This document shows positions 36,405 through 49,520 of a DNA stretch of 64,000 nucleotides, piece by piece. Each line of letters begins with the position of its first letter. The stretch's first letter is position 1. The stretch is from Macrostomum hystrix (lineage: Eukaryota > Animalia > Platyhelminthes). A program made the translations under genes and the position numbers. The DNA is taken from positions 10,106,001-10,170,000 of the forward strand of contig CATNEN010000039.1 of NCBI GenBank assembly GCA_950097015.1, given 5' to 3'. A model generated the notes under the pieces. It saw nothing but the letters and a program-made list of their open reading frames with translations. It made no database searches and had not been told where the DNA came from.

Positions 36405-37960
36405 TAGGGGTGTTCGGGGTCGGGTCGGGTTTTGGTACCGGGTTCGGGGGTAGGTGTCCGGGTCGGGTTCGAGGTTCGGGGTAGGGTGTTCGGGTTTCCG
36501 AGTCGTTTTTTGGCACCGGGTTCGGGGTTTCCGGATTTTTTAATATTATTTCAGTTTTACTTAATTAGTATTGCCTTGTTACAGGGGTCGGCAAACTCCG
36601 GCCCGAGGGCCAGATGCGGCCCTCGAAGCTCCCAAATCCGGCCCATTCTGACATCTACAGTGTCCTGTTTCATCTCTCTCGTGTCTAATCTCTCCCGTGT
36701 CTAATCTCTCCTGTGTCTCATCTCTCCCGTGTCTAATCTCTTCCGTGTCTAATCTCTCCTGTGTCTCATCTCTCCCGTGTCTAATCTCTCCCGTGTCTCA
36801 TCTCTCTCGTGTCTAATCTCTCCCGTGTCTAATCTCTCCTGTGTCTCATCTCTCCCGTGTCTAATCTCTTCCGTGTCTAATCTCTCCTGTGTCTCATCTC
36901 TCCCATGTCTAATCTCTCCCTTTTCTCATCTCTCCCGTGTCTAATCTCTCCCGTGTCTCATCTCTCTCGTGTATCATCTCTCCCGTGTCTCATCTCTCCC
37001 CTATCTCATATTTATACAGTCAATGCGGCCCGCTGTCGTCTTTTAGGTTCTCTCCTTGGCCCGCCAGCAAATAAGTTTGCCTACCCCTGCCTTATTATGT
37101 GATAAATCGTCTTTCAGAATCGCGCCAATTAAAAAAAATTACCTCGTGAACTAAACTGGCGTGCGCATAATGCACTGCACTAAGGAAGGACTTAATAATC
37201 GTGATCCAGTAATCATTCTAACGTAAATATATCATTCTATGAATTTTCGGCCCTGCATTATAATATTCCATAGTGAAAGGAATTATCTCTATATCTCAAG
37301 TCTAAACTGCATTATGTCTTATGTCTTTAATTATGTATTATTTTTACCTAGCCAGCTAGTTAAGTAGGTAATCCCACATCCAGGCTTACAGAGAACTTGT
37401 AGACCTTTACTAAACAGAGCAAATCATATTAATGATTATCTATTCTCTATATAGCAGGTTCGTTTACTGTCATCCATTCATTAAAGTTTTTAGCGACTTA
37501 TTTTTCTAGCATATTAGCTCTAGCCTTTAGCCTTGCTTTTAGCCTTAGCTTATAATTTATGTATTAGGGGCTAGGGCTACACTGTTGCTGACTACTGACT
37601 GAGACTGAGATGTCTGAGACTCTGAGAGCATGTCTGAGACTATAAGAGCAGATAAATGTGAACACAGTCAGGTAGGTCAGAGTCTACCTGACCTACCTGA
37701 TCTTTTAGATGCTTATCAAAATCATAAGTACGACTGAGGAGTTGAGTAGTGTAGTCATAGTGGGAGAAGAGTTAACAATTGAAAAGTAGAAGGAGGAAAA
37801 GGCGGAATACTGGTATTTTAAGACAAACATACTGTCCTCAACCATGAATCCAAGTCCAGGAGATAGTCGGGTTAAGTTCGGGGTCGGGTCGGGTTTTAAG
37901 TCCGGGTCGGGTTTTGGGTTCGGGGTCAGTGTACCCGAAATGGAAACCCGAACACCCCTA
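36405..37960. mobile_element. Non-autonomous hAT element with TAGGGGTGTTCGGG termini
   Basis: TIRs TAGGGGTGTTCGGG / CCCGAACACCCCTA; subterminal (TCGGG)n; 8-bp repeat GGCAGAGC at 36395-36402 (followed by an extra TA) and 37961-37968. Confidence 0.8.
36582..37089. mobile_element. Second copy of the Charlie-like MITE, inverted and nested
   Basis: Same TIRs and arms as 17948-18845; TSD CCTTGTTA/CCTTATTA; shorter 16-bp array. Confidence 0.9.
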
Positions 37961-38282
37961 GGCAGAGCCCACTATTCTGACCTTCGGCCGAATATCTCGA
38001 CTGTCTGAAGAGCTGGCGGCTTGATTCTTGTTTCAGAAGATGCGCAACAAAAAGTTGGCCCGTTTTCTTGAGTACCGTTCGGTTGCAGCACAAAAAATTG
38101 TCAGGGGTGGGGGGAAATTACACCTTGGTAGTTCTAATTTTAATTTGCAACTCAACTTTTTGCACGATATAGCGAATCCTGCATGCAGTTTTTCCGCGAT
38201 TAGTTTTTAGTATTCGTTTAGTATTGACTACTAACAGTAGCTAATTTGTGCAGTTGCAAGGGAAAATGTGTCATTCAAACAG

Positions 38283-41200
38283 TCATGCTTCACCGACTAC
38301 GGAGCCCGGTCCGAAACAGCCTCTCAGAAGGTCCTCGAGCCGTCTTTGTCCCCGTAGCAGTGGAGGCAGCGTGGCTTCTTCGAGCTGCCGTCGGGGTAGC
38401 GACCGCATGGACGTCAGGAGCAGAAGGCTGGCAGTCATTCGGCCGGAGCCCTGACTGCGGGTAGCAACCAGCAGCTCCTCCAACGACTGGGCGGCGTGCA
38501 GCTGCTCGGCTTCGACTAGAGCCAGAGTCTGCGAATCCGTTGGCGAGTCGGCGAAGGCATCTGCGGGTTGTGAAAAGGGGGATGGTGTGAAAACATAGTT
38601 TTTCAATTGCGGGGAAAGTCAAAGTAATAAAGGCTGGTGATCGAGAACCAAATCGAAGAGCCCACTATTCAAGGACAGTAGAGATCAAAGATTAGAAAAC
38701 TTTTTTCGAAAGACACATCTTCCTTGTCGCTCACCGCACTGAAACAACGCCACCGCTCTTAGAAGGCCGAGTTCGGCTGCATCGAGTCTGAGGTCGCGCA
38801 GGCGCTCCAGAATGCGTCGCATTCGTCGCTGCAGCGGCGTCCAACAACTGCGACCTTCGTCAGCCAATCTGGATGCAGCTTTGCCGTGCTGCAGCAGGTC
38901 TGGAAATGGGTGAATGTGCGACGCTGGCCCGGTTGATTCGAGATTTCTTCTCTGACTAACAACTTGTTTGAAATCTATGGGAATCGAGCCAACTCTGACA
39001 ACAATGGCAGTGGCAAATTTTAGTGGCAAATTCCCCATTCCGCTGACTCCTGAGCACTCAATTACACGGGTGTGTACATCTGCTCTGACTCTCATTTCCA
39101 GGCAGTGTACACTTTCACGGTTGATTTGGTATAGGCTCTCAAGGGCGTAAATTGCACGACAAGCCCCAAAGCATTCTCTCCGCGGCTCCGCCCCAAATGA
39201 ATGTGGCCTCGCCACAGAATCGAGCTCAGGGACCTTGGTGCGAGAGGCAAACGCGTTAACTGCTCTGCATCAGACCTTATTGCTTTAACTATATCTAAAT
39301 CTCATCAACTCCATTAGAATCTCATCAACTGCATTAGAATCTCATCAACTGCATTAGAATCTCATCAACTCCATTAGAATCTCATCAACTCCATTAGAAT
39401 CTCATCAACTGCATTAGAATCTCATCAACTCCATTAGAATCTCATCAACTGCATTAGAATCTCATCAACTGCATTAGAATCTCATCAACTGCATTAGAAT
39501 CTCATCAACATTAAAATACGAGCGCGTAGCCTTAACTCAATTATCTTGTAAACTCATCTCAATTTTATTTGAATTGTCTTCTTTGCTTAAGAATTCTTGC
39601 TTCTACATCTTGCTTTTTTCCAGGCAGCGCGTTAAGAGATGAGGATTTTAATCCCTTAACGGCATGATGCCACATTGCCGGGGGCACTGTGTCGCCACCT
39701 GCCTGTCTCGCCCGGATTGTCAGCTAAGAAATTCATAGAGTGAGCATATGAATGGCATCGACTTTTGCCTTGAGATATCGGAAAAATTCTGCGCTAATCG
39801 ATGCGCAAGCAAAGAAGGCAATTGCAATTCTGAATTCAAAGAAATATTCTAGTGAATTGCATGATAGTTGACAGATTGCATTGTGGATTGGCTTGCAGCA
39901 GATCTGCTCTGCGTGCCTCTATCAGTGGTTAGACAGACAGAAACTAGCACAGACTGACAGGGACAGACCATAGACAAACAGGCAGGCTTAGACAGGCATA
40001 CGTAGATACACGGGACATAAGAAGACCAATGTGGACACAGTAAAACACAGATGGACACAGGGTAACACAGGTGGACACAGTAAAACACAGATGGACACAG
40101 GGTAACACAGGTGGACACAGTAAAACACAGATGGACACAGGGTAACATAGGTGGACACAGTAAAACACAGGTGGACACAGGGAAACACAGACGGACAAAG
40201 TGAAACATAGGTGGACACAGGGAAACATAGGTGGACACAGGGAAACATAGGTGGACACAGGGTAACACAGGTGGACACAGGGAAACATAGGTGGACACAG
40301 GGAAACACAGACGGACAAAGTGAAACATAGGTGGACACAGGGAAACATAGGTGGACACAGGGAAACATAGGTGGACACAGGGTAACACAGGTGGACACAG
40401 GGAAACATAGGTGGACACAGGGTAAACACAGGTGGACACAGGGAAACACAGACAGACACAGAGAAAGACAGGTAGACACTGGAAAACACAGGTGAACAGG
40501 GGTAAAAACAGGTGGACACAGCAGAACATGCAGTAAGTGTACATAGAGACACAGATGGGCCCAGAGACAACAGGCACTCACAGTCGGCTGGCACTCCCAG
40601 CTGCCCGGCTGTCAACAGCAGCAGCTCCGGCCAAGCGTGTCTGGCCAGCCGCAGTCTGTCGGAGGCGGACAGTCGAGCGACGCCAGGAAGCCGGGACGCC
40701 CACGCAAGTCCGGCCTGCAGCAGCTGGGCAGCCAGGCCGCTACAATCCGGTGTCAGCGCCGCGGCGGCTGTCTGGGTCCACCAAGGCCACGTCTGCGAAA
40801 TTGCCATCGAACTGGAGGTTGTCGGGTGCGGCGTTGTAGCCGAAGCTGTCGGCATCGATGCACCGTCGCTGACGTCCCCATTTTCTTCCTGGCGTCGCCG
40901 AAGGCTGAGGTCCTCCACAACGGCATCCTCGTCACCCGCTGGCTCCGCGTCAGCATTTTCATCGCTGTGTTCAACTTGCTCGGCTTCGTCCGCGACCGTT
41001 TGCGGTAGTGCCAGCAGCTGGAATGCCGCCTGCGATGTAGATGGACCCGGAGCTGGCGGCCAGATTGGCAGGATGTGCGGATGTTGATGCTGCTGCCTGA
41101 ATGAGCTGGCCGCAGCAGCCGCGGCCGCCGAAGTCAGAGCGGCGGTGAAGGCGGGCTGGTAGATGGCAGGCATCCTACGGCAAGGTTTGGAAATGTCTTC

Positions 41201-44200
41201 CTTGAAAATGCTCTATCTGGGATTTTTGTAGTCAACGGTCTCCAGTGCTTTTTGGTGGTTGTTTTGCTAAGCAGGCGCCCTTTAGAGAACTTGCTCTATT
41301 AAAAAAATTAGTCTTCCAAAATACTAGGAGAATCGCCCCAATCTCTCTGAAAGAATCTCTCAAACTAAAATTGAAGTCCAAGAGAATCTTCATAATTCCA
41401 TGATAATTTCCCCAAATCCAATAGAATCTCCCCAACTCAAAGAGTATACCCAACTCCAGGAGAATCTCCCCAAATCCAAGAGAATCTCCCCAACTCAAAG
41501 AGTATACCCAACTCAAAAAGAATCTCCCCAACTCCAAGAGAATCTTCCCAACTCCAACGGAATCGTCTGAAGTCCGAGAGAATCGCCCCAAAACCAAGAG
41601 AATCTCTCCAATTCAAAGAGAATCTCCCTAAATCCAAGAGAATCCCCCCAACTCAAGAGAATCTTGCCAACTTAAACGGAATCGTCTGAGGTCCAAGAGA
41701 ATCTCCCAAACTCCAAGAGAATCTCCCCAACTCCAAGAGAATCTCCCCAACTCCAAGAGAATCTTCCCAACTCCAAGAGAATCTTCCCAACTCCAAGAGA
41801 ATCTCCCCAACTCAAAGAGTATACCCAACTCAAAAAGAATCTCCCCAACTCCAAGAGAATCTTCCCAACTCCAACGGAATCGTCTGAAGTCCGAGAGAAT
41901 CGCCCCAAAACCAAGAGAATCTCTCCAATTCAAAGAGAATCTCCCTAAATCCAAGAGAATCCCCCCAACTCAAGAGAATCTTCCCAACTTAAACGGAATC
42001 GTCTGAGGTCCAAGAGAATCTCCCAAACTCCAAGAGAATCTCCCCAACTCCAAGAGAATCTCCCCAACTCCAAGAGAATCTTCCCAACTCCAAGAGAATC
42101 TTCCCAACTCCAAGAGAATCTTCCCAACTCCAAGAGAATCTTCCCAACTCCAAGAGAATCTTCCCAACTCCAAGAGAATCTTCCCAACTTCAAGAGAATC
42201 TCCCCATCCCCAACTCCAAGAGAATCTCCCCAACTCAAAAAGAATCTTCCCAACTCCAAGAGAATCTTCCCAACTCCAAGAGAATCTTCCCAACTCCAAG
42301 AGAATCTTCCCAACTCCAAGAGAATCTCCTCAACTCGAACTGGTTCGTCTTGACTTCCAGAGAAGCCATCTGAAGTGGAAGAGAATAAACAAATCGCCAA
42401 AACAATAAACAGTGGGCGATCTTTGAGAACACCTCATTTGAGATCCAGTCAGCTATTGTGTGCTTTCTGCTTGTTTTGAAGACTCTGTTGGTCAAGCGCT
42501 TGAGTAAGTGCTCAAAGATTTCGAGTTGTTCATCGCCCAGCCATTCGATCTCGCCGATCGTCAGGCTGGCTGACTTCCCACGCTGCTTGCCTGGAGCCAA
42601 TCCTTGCTGAAGTGTAGGCGGAGACTCTGCAGAAGCTGCAAACAGCAGCTGGGCCGGTGCGTCGAGTGCTCTTGAGTCGTGCGTTGAGAAGCGATTGTTT
42701 TGCCAAGGTGTTGGACCATCTCTGCCCCCCTCTCCTGGCCGTGCGCACTCAAACCCACCCCCTTGACCGGTGGCGCCAGCTCAGGTCTTAATTATTTGGT
42801 AAATGTTTGGTCTGGCAAGTTTCTCATATAGCGCGCGACTGGCGTGGGGGGAGTTGGCGGCTCGGCTCGGCTTGCTCAAGTTTGAGTTGGGTGCGGTGGC
42901 CAGGGATGACTTCATTGATCGGCCAGGTGGGATTCTTGGGCCCCCACTTGCCGTTGCTGCTGGCTCGCTTCCCACCCCAGCTCCATCAGCATCATCTCAC
43001 TCATCTACTCACTTCAGGATGGTCTCTCTGCCCCTGCAGCGACTCCAAAATCTAAAATCCCACGCGCGGAGGGGTGGCAATCAAAGCATTGGCGACTCAC
43101 TCATGCAGCAGCAGCAGAAGAAGAAAACTCAGCGGTGAAAGATGACGAAACTGGAGCGTCAGAGCTCAGTTGAGGTTAATTAAGCAGCGGCGACCCCCTA
43201 CCTAGGAGAAACGCAAACACAAGCAGAGCTGTTTTTTTGTTTTACTTTTTCTCCGCTCATTTCCAGAGTTTTCTGCGGTGATTATCCTTCCAAATCGTTC
43301 CGCGAAATCCCATCGTCTGCGGCGGGTCGTGACCGAGGACGAGGTCTCTGAGATGATGAAGCTGCTTGGAGGGTTGCGCGTGGGAAACGATCAATGATGA
43401 GGCTGCTGAAAACACGCGACCGACCCGGCCGGTGTTTTGAGAAATCAATCCCTGCCAGAGCACAGCAAGCTGAGCGCGGTCGCACAGGTGAGAGAAAAAT
43501 TGGGGGCGAGAAAGCAAATGCGATTATGAGTGGGAAGACTGGGAGAGCAACAACACGCGACTGAGCACACTTCTCACATGAGCACCGTAGCTTAACACTG
43601 CACGGAAGCATTTACTGAGAGTGGACATGAGTTGAAAGATATTTTTGTATCGGCCCTGCTCCAGTTTCTGAACAGATTAGCGATTGTTCTCACGCTCGCT
43701 ACGTGGCCTCCCGCCCCTCAATCACTCTGGGCATCTGGACGTATAGCCGGGCCATTTCCAAATAGTAGGCAACTAGGGAACAGGTGCCCGCGTCTCAGAT
43801 ACCACTCAATGCGCGCGTCGCCTATAATGACCAGAATTCTTCTATAGATCTGCGAGAACCGCTTGTTATTGAGTCGTTGAAATCGGTTTATCCGGAATTC
43901 AGGTCAGCCAGCGGTTTTAAATAGTGTCTGAGTGCTGAGCGGGTCAGGCATATGGAGTCCCGATCAACATCATTTTGACATCATTTAATCCCCTACTTGA
44001 GGCGCGACAGCGGCGCCCACGTTAAGCATTCCCTCAGGGCCTGCGCCTAGCAACACAATGGGAGACTGTGCGAAGCAGGCAACTCTGCACAGACAATGAT
44101 AATGACAATGGCAAGGACAGATTGAGAAGGGAGTTTGGGATTAAGATAGTGAAGTTTTGTTATCGAGAAATTACTAGCCAATGTTCACAAGCTAGCCAAT

Positions 44201-45857
44201 GTTCACAAGCTAGCCAGCCAATGTTCACAAGCTAGCCAGCCAATGTTCACAAGCTAGCCAGCCAATGTTCACAATCTAGCCAGCCAATGTTCACAAGCTA
44301 GCCAATGTTCACAAGCTAGCCAGCCAATGTTCACAAGCTAGCCAATGTTCACAAGCTAGCCAATGTTCACAAGCTAGCCAATGTTCACAAGCCGAGGTTC
44401 GCTAGCCTATACCTAGGTCTTTACCGCCAGTCGCCAAGTAGAAGTAGAAAATTATTTTACCTCGCCAACGACCCGTCGAAGACGGCCGGGAAGCCGGTGA
44501 AAAATCCGTCAAAGACGGTGGTCGCCGGTGCGGCCTGACCCGGCAGAAAAGCGGCACCACCGCTGACTCCGCCGCTGACTCCGCCGGCGCCAGGCAGTTG
44601 AAGCGAGCTGTCCGGACTGTCCTGCTTGTTGTACTGCAGGCACCGAGGAGCTCGCTCGTGTTGCACAGCTTTTAGCATCGGAGAGGTGCAGAGGCGGGTT
44701 GAGCAGTGTGTTCATTTTGTTATATTCTCCACGACTATCCGGTTTAGCTATCTTAGCTATCTCCAAATCAATGCAATCAAAATCAATGTCGCTGAATTGA
44801 TAATTATTTTGAGTTCGTTCTGAGCTGGTTGCTGTTCCGAATCACTAAGCAGCCATGAGTCTGCTAAAGGGGAAAATTAAGCGTCTTCGAAAAAAATTGC
44901 ATTGCTTTTCGTGCGTCAGTCGATTTATTAATTTTCATCGTTTGTTGAGAATGGTCTACTTCTAAATTGTACCAGGATTTACATTTTCGAGTTAAAAATG
45001 TCTGTCTGGATTTAAATGTGCAAAACCGTTTTTTATTCAAAAGCTGAATGATTTGTCCACATTTTGTCCACATGTAAGCAAACAACGTGTGTGCTACTTT
45101 GTAATTTTGAAATTTCTAAAATCGTTTAAACGAAGCAGGGTTTTTGTTTTTTTATGTGCGGCTAGTGCTTACTTTTCTAAGAAGTTTTGTCTATGGCCCA
45201 ATCGTGTCTATGCATTGTGTTATCTTTTTAAGTGATCTAAGACATTAAGGGGGTGAGTGGCAGAGCGGTCCAACGCGTTTGCCTCTCGCAGCAAGGTACC
45301 TAAGCTCGATTTCACGGCGAGGCCAAATTTATTTGGGTCACAGCCGCGTATACAGTAGAAGGCTTGGGGCCTTGTCGTGCAATTGACGCCCTTGAGGGCC
45401 AACCTCCAAGGCACAGTAAAGTTTACACTGCAAGACGATTCGTATGCCTGCGTTCGGTATCTGTGTGCGTGTGTGCTCAGGAGTCAGCGAAACGGGCAGA
45501 ATTGCCTCCTCGCTGGCCGATAGTGTCACCAACTGGTGTGCCATTGCCCGCAGCCCTCCTGCAATTATTATTATCAAGACAATGCTAGGATGGCTTGGCT
45601 TTGAAAGTAGTCCTAGGCCTGCGAAGCCCAAGGCACTCACCGTCGCGGTTCATGCTAACTAGCAGGCACTTCTTGTAGCGACAGGCCTGGCACTGGTTGC
45701 GCCTGGCCACGTCCACCGGGCAGGCGCCGGCCTCTTTGCAGACGTACTCGAGGCTCCGGCGCACCGAGCGCTTGAAGAAGCCGCGACAGCCGTCGCAGCT
45801 CAGTACGCCGTAGTGCTTGCCGGATGCGCGATCACCGCAAACCAGGCATAGAGCCTC

Positions 45858-45902
<45 letters not shown>

Positions 45903-46257
45903 AGGTGGCTGAAGCGGCAGCTTTTTCGCTTTGCCGGAATTCGCTTTTATTGAAAAAAAGAATGAAGTTTTTTTGCTATGCCTTTGACTCCTAGAAACTA
46001 GAAGTTTTTAGAATCAGATCGACAAGGCCCTATCAACTCATTCGAGGAGACGGGGGGCAATGACCCCATCATCTCAGATCACAGAGCGAGAATGCAGAAG
46101 CGAATCGCAATTAAACATATTGAGACTGGGACTTCTTACCTGGCGAGCGGCAGTTCCGCTTCCTGTCTGCAGCAGGCAGCATGGATGGGAACAGAAGCGT
46201 GGCAGATTTTGCCGGCGCGGGTATAAGCTTGATAGACTCTTCCTTAATATTGCTCAT
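38283..46257 (-). CDS. NR2E6: Nuclear receptor of the NR2E subfamily, PNR-like/NR2E6 type, about 554 aa; exons 46257-46140, 45943-45641, 44668-44461, 41174-40582, 38899-38735, 38560-38283
   Basis: [34 protein letters not shown]...[13 protein letters not shown] and T-box [12 protein letters not shown] signature [47 protein letters not shown] and AF2-like LEDLL. All phases join (1665 nt). The NR2E6 call rests on the recalled CDGCRG P-box and needs a tree. Confidence 0.85.
39000..39272 (-). mobile_element. SINE copy in nuclear receptor intron 4
   Basis: Reverse complement matches the family head (GCAGAGCAGTTAACGCGTTTGCCTCTCGCACCAAGGTCCCTGAGCTCGATTC) and body. Confidence 0.85.
39297..39510. repeat. 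20-bp minisatellite (AATCTCATCAACTSCATTAG)
   Basis: Tandem units. Confidence 0.92.
40030..40520. repeat. 20-bp minisatellite (GTGGACACAGGGAAACATAG)
   Basis: Tandem units, intronic. Confidence 0.92.
41330..42335. repeat. 20-bp minisatellite (CCAACTCCAAGAGAATCTYC)
   Basis: Tandem units with a higher-order duplication. Confidence 0.9.
44175..44392. repeat. 18/22-bp minisatellite (AGCCAATGTTCACAAGCT)
   Basis: Tandem units. Confidence 0.9.
45249..45575 (+). mobile_element. Near full-length SINE in nuclear receptor intron 2
   Basis: Head GGGGGTGAGTGGCAGAGCGG, B-box-like AGCTCGATTTC and (ATT)n tail; possible TSD AAGACATT/AAGACAAT. Confidence 0.85.
45858..45899 (-). repeat. Coding CAG repeat (polyQ, 14 Q) immediately before the DBD
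   Basis: (CAG)13 CAA in frame. Confidence 0.9.
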
Positions 46258-46749
46258 GCCTATACTCTGGTGGACTTGTCCGTTTTTTTACGATGAAGCA
46301 ATCTGAACTGTCTGACAGGATCCGTGAGAAGGATTTGAGTAGTGTTTTGAGTACTGACACCTAGTGGGAATTGGGAAAATGTTCGGATTTGGACGCGCGG
46401 AACAGCCGGTGTGAAGGGATAACGCCAGTAGCGGGGGGCCGAGCATGAGGGGGTCGGCTCACCGACCAATGGGATTGAGCTTGATCCGCGTGACCCTCGC
46501 TCCATCTCCGAGGGAGTTATCCTGGAGATGATGATCCCACATCAAGCCTATAGAAAATCCCCATTTTTTTAGGAACTTGAGGTGGGCGTTCGTGAGATCA
46601 AGAAGATGTGAGCAGAGGCGGCTCATCTATCATTGGTTGGCCGTAAAGCTCCCGTCAAACTGACACCTGAGTCTAAAACTCACGGATGCTGCTCCTCAAA
46701 ATCTTACCTTTCTCTTAAATGTTCTATTGCAGCTTCTCTTCGATATCGC

Positions 46750-46958
46750 ATTCTTCTCCCAAATATCCCATGTAGCTTCTCCTCAATATCGCGTTCTTCT
46801 CCCAAATATCCCATGTAGCTTCTCCTCAATATCGCATTCTTCTCCCAAATATCCCATGTAGCTTCTCCATAATATATTATTCTTCTCCCAAATATCCCAT
46901 GTAGCTTCTCCTCGATATCGCACTCTTCTCCCAAATATCCCATGTAGCTTCTCCTCAA
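46750..46958. repeat. 43-bp tandem repeat
   Basis: About 5 units of CTTCTCCCAAATATCCCATGTAGCTTCTCCTCAATATCGCATT. Confidence 0.9.
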
Positions 46959-47369
46959 AATCAGATTCTTGTGTCACAAACAGCGACGGCGAAATTCCTT
47001 GACCAAATTTCAGTCATTTTTTACACAGAAGGCAGTTTCTCAGCTTCTGAAACACGATAAATCATATTCGATAGGCTTCTACGAGTGGCCGAATAGCACA
47101 ATTGACCTGCGTGTGTTCTCAAAATTGATTAATTGTTAATTTTACACTTTAACCTGTCAATCAAGCCCAACTCACACCTTCATTAGTTTTACCTATCAGC
47201 TAAACTAAATCCAATGGATTTTTCTGTCATCTCAATCGGTTAATCTTTTCTTAAACTATCTACATATATACACGGCCCTCAATATGCTACTAACGAAGTA
47301 GCAAAATTCAGTAGTATTTAGGGTACGAGTGAGGTGCGCCATCAGAAGATATAAGTGTAACAGTTGACA

Positions 47370-49520
47370 GACTGAAGGAATAGGGGAGATTGAGCACACT
47401 GAAAGAATGGGGGAGATTGAGCACACTGAAAGAATGGGGGAGATTCAGCACACTGAAGGAATGGGGAGATTGAGCACACTGAAGGAATGGGGGAGATTGA
47501 GCACACGGAAGGAATGGGGGAGATTGAGCACACTGAAGGACTGGGGAGATTGAGCACACTGAAGGAATGGGGGAGATTCAGCACACTGAAGGAATGGGGA
47601 GATTGAGCACACTGAAGGAATGGGGGAGATTCAGCACACTGAAGGAATGGGGAGATTGAGCACACTGAAGGAATGGGGAGATTGAGCACACTAAAGGAAT
47701 GGGGGAGATTCAGCACACTGAAGGAATGGGGAGATTGAGCACACTAAAGGAATGGGGGAGATTCAGCACACTGAAGGAATGGGGAGATTGAGCACACTGA
47801 AGGAATGGGGAGGTTGAGCACACTGAAGGAATGGGGGGAGATTGAGCACACTGAAAGAATGGGGGAGATTCAGCACACTGAAGGAATGGGGGAGATTGAG
47901 CACACTGAAGGAATGGGGGAGATTGAGCACACTGAAGGAATGGGGAGGTTGAGCACACTAAAGGAATGGGGGAGATTCAGCACACTGAAGGAATGGGGAG
48001 ATTGAGCACACTGAAGGAATGGGGAGGTTGAGCACACTGAAGGAATGGGGGGAGATTGAGCACACTGAAAGAATGGGGGAGATTCAGCACACTGAAGGAA
48101 TGGGGAGATTGAGCACACTGAAGGAATGGGGGAGATTGAGCACACGGAAGGAATGGGAGAGATTCAGCACACTGAAGGAATAGGGAGGTTGAGCACACTG
48201 AAGGAATGGGGAGATTCAGCACACTGAAGGAATGGGGAGATAGAGCACACTGAAGGAATGGGGGAGATTGAGCACACTGAAGGAATGGGGAGGTTGAGCA
48301 CACTGAAGGAATGGGGGAGATTCAGCACACTGAAGGAATGGGGGAGATTCAGCACACTGAAGGAATGGGGGAGATTGAGCACACTGAAGGAATGGGGAGG
48401 TTGAGCACACTGAAGGAATGGGGGAGATTCAGCACACTGAAGGAATGGGGAGGTTGAGCACACTGAAGGAATGGGGGAGATTCAGCACACTGAAGGAATG
48501 GGGGAGATTGAGCACACTGAAGGAATGGGGAGATTGAGCACACTGAAGGAATGGGGGAGATTGAGCACACTGAAGGAATGGGGAGATTGAGCACACTGAA
48601 GGAATGGGGAGATTGAGCACACTGAAGGAATGGGGGAGATTCAGCACACTGAAGGAATGGGGAGATTGAGCACACTGAAGGAATGGGGAGATTGAGCACA
48701 CTGAAGGACTGGGGGAGATTGAGCACACTGAAGGAATGGGGGAGATTGAGCACACTGATGGAATGGGGGAGGTTGAGCACACTGAAGGAATGGGGAGATT
48801 GAGCACACTGAAGGAATGAGGAGATTGAGCACACTGATGGAATGGGGAGGTTGAGCACACTGAAGGAATGGGGAGATTGAGCACACTGAAGGAATGGGGG
48901 AGATTGAGCACACTGAAGGAATGGGGGAGATTCAGCACACTGAAGGAATGGGGAGGTTGAGCACACTGAAGGAATGGGGAGATTGAGCACACTGAAGGAA
49001 TGGGGAGATTGAGCACACTGAAGGACTGGGGGAGGTTGAGCACACTGAAGGAATGGGGGAGATTCAGCACACTGAAGGAATGGGGGAGATTGAGCACACT
49101 GAAGGAATGGGGAGGTTGAGCACACTGAAGGAATGGGGGAGATTCAGCACAATGAAGGAATGGGGGAGATTGAGCACACTGAAGGAATGGGGGAGATTCA
49201 GCACAATGAAGGAATGGGGGAGATTGAGCACACTGAAGGAATGGGGAGATTGAGCACACTGAAGGAATAGGGGAGATTCAGCACACTGAAGGAATGGGGG
49301 AGATTGAGCACACTGAAGGAATGGGGGAGATTGAGCAGCTGACGCACTGAAGGAATGGGGGAGGTTGAGCAGCTGACGCACTGAAGGAATGGGGGAGGTT
49401 GAGCAGCTGACGCACTGAAGGAATGGGGGAGGTTGAGCAGCTGACGCACTGAAGGAATGGGGGAGGTTGAGCAGCTGACGCACTGAAGGAATGGGGGAGG
49501 TTGAGCAGTTGACGCACTGA
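47370..49520. repeat. 27/28-bp minisatellite (GAGATTGAGCACACTGAAGGAATGGGG[G])
   Basis: Tandem units; the distal units carry an inserted GCTGACG. Confidence 0.95.

Noticed and set aside
39849-40581. Cys-rich ORFs and the C-terminal extension of the 409-aa ORF
   Set aside because: Read-through past the GTGAGT donor into a 20-bp minisatellite.
42400-43650. Nested gene in nuclear receptor intron 3
   Set aside because: Short overlapping ORFs on both strands with no motif; exons 3 and 4 join in phase without it.
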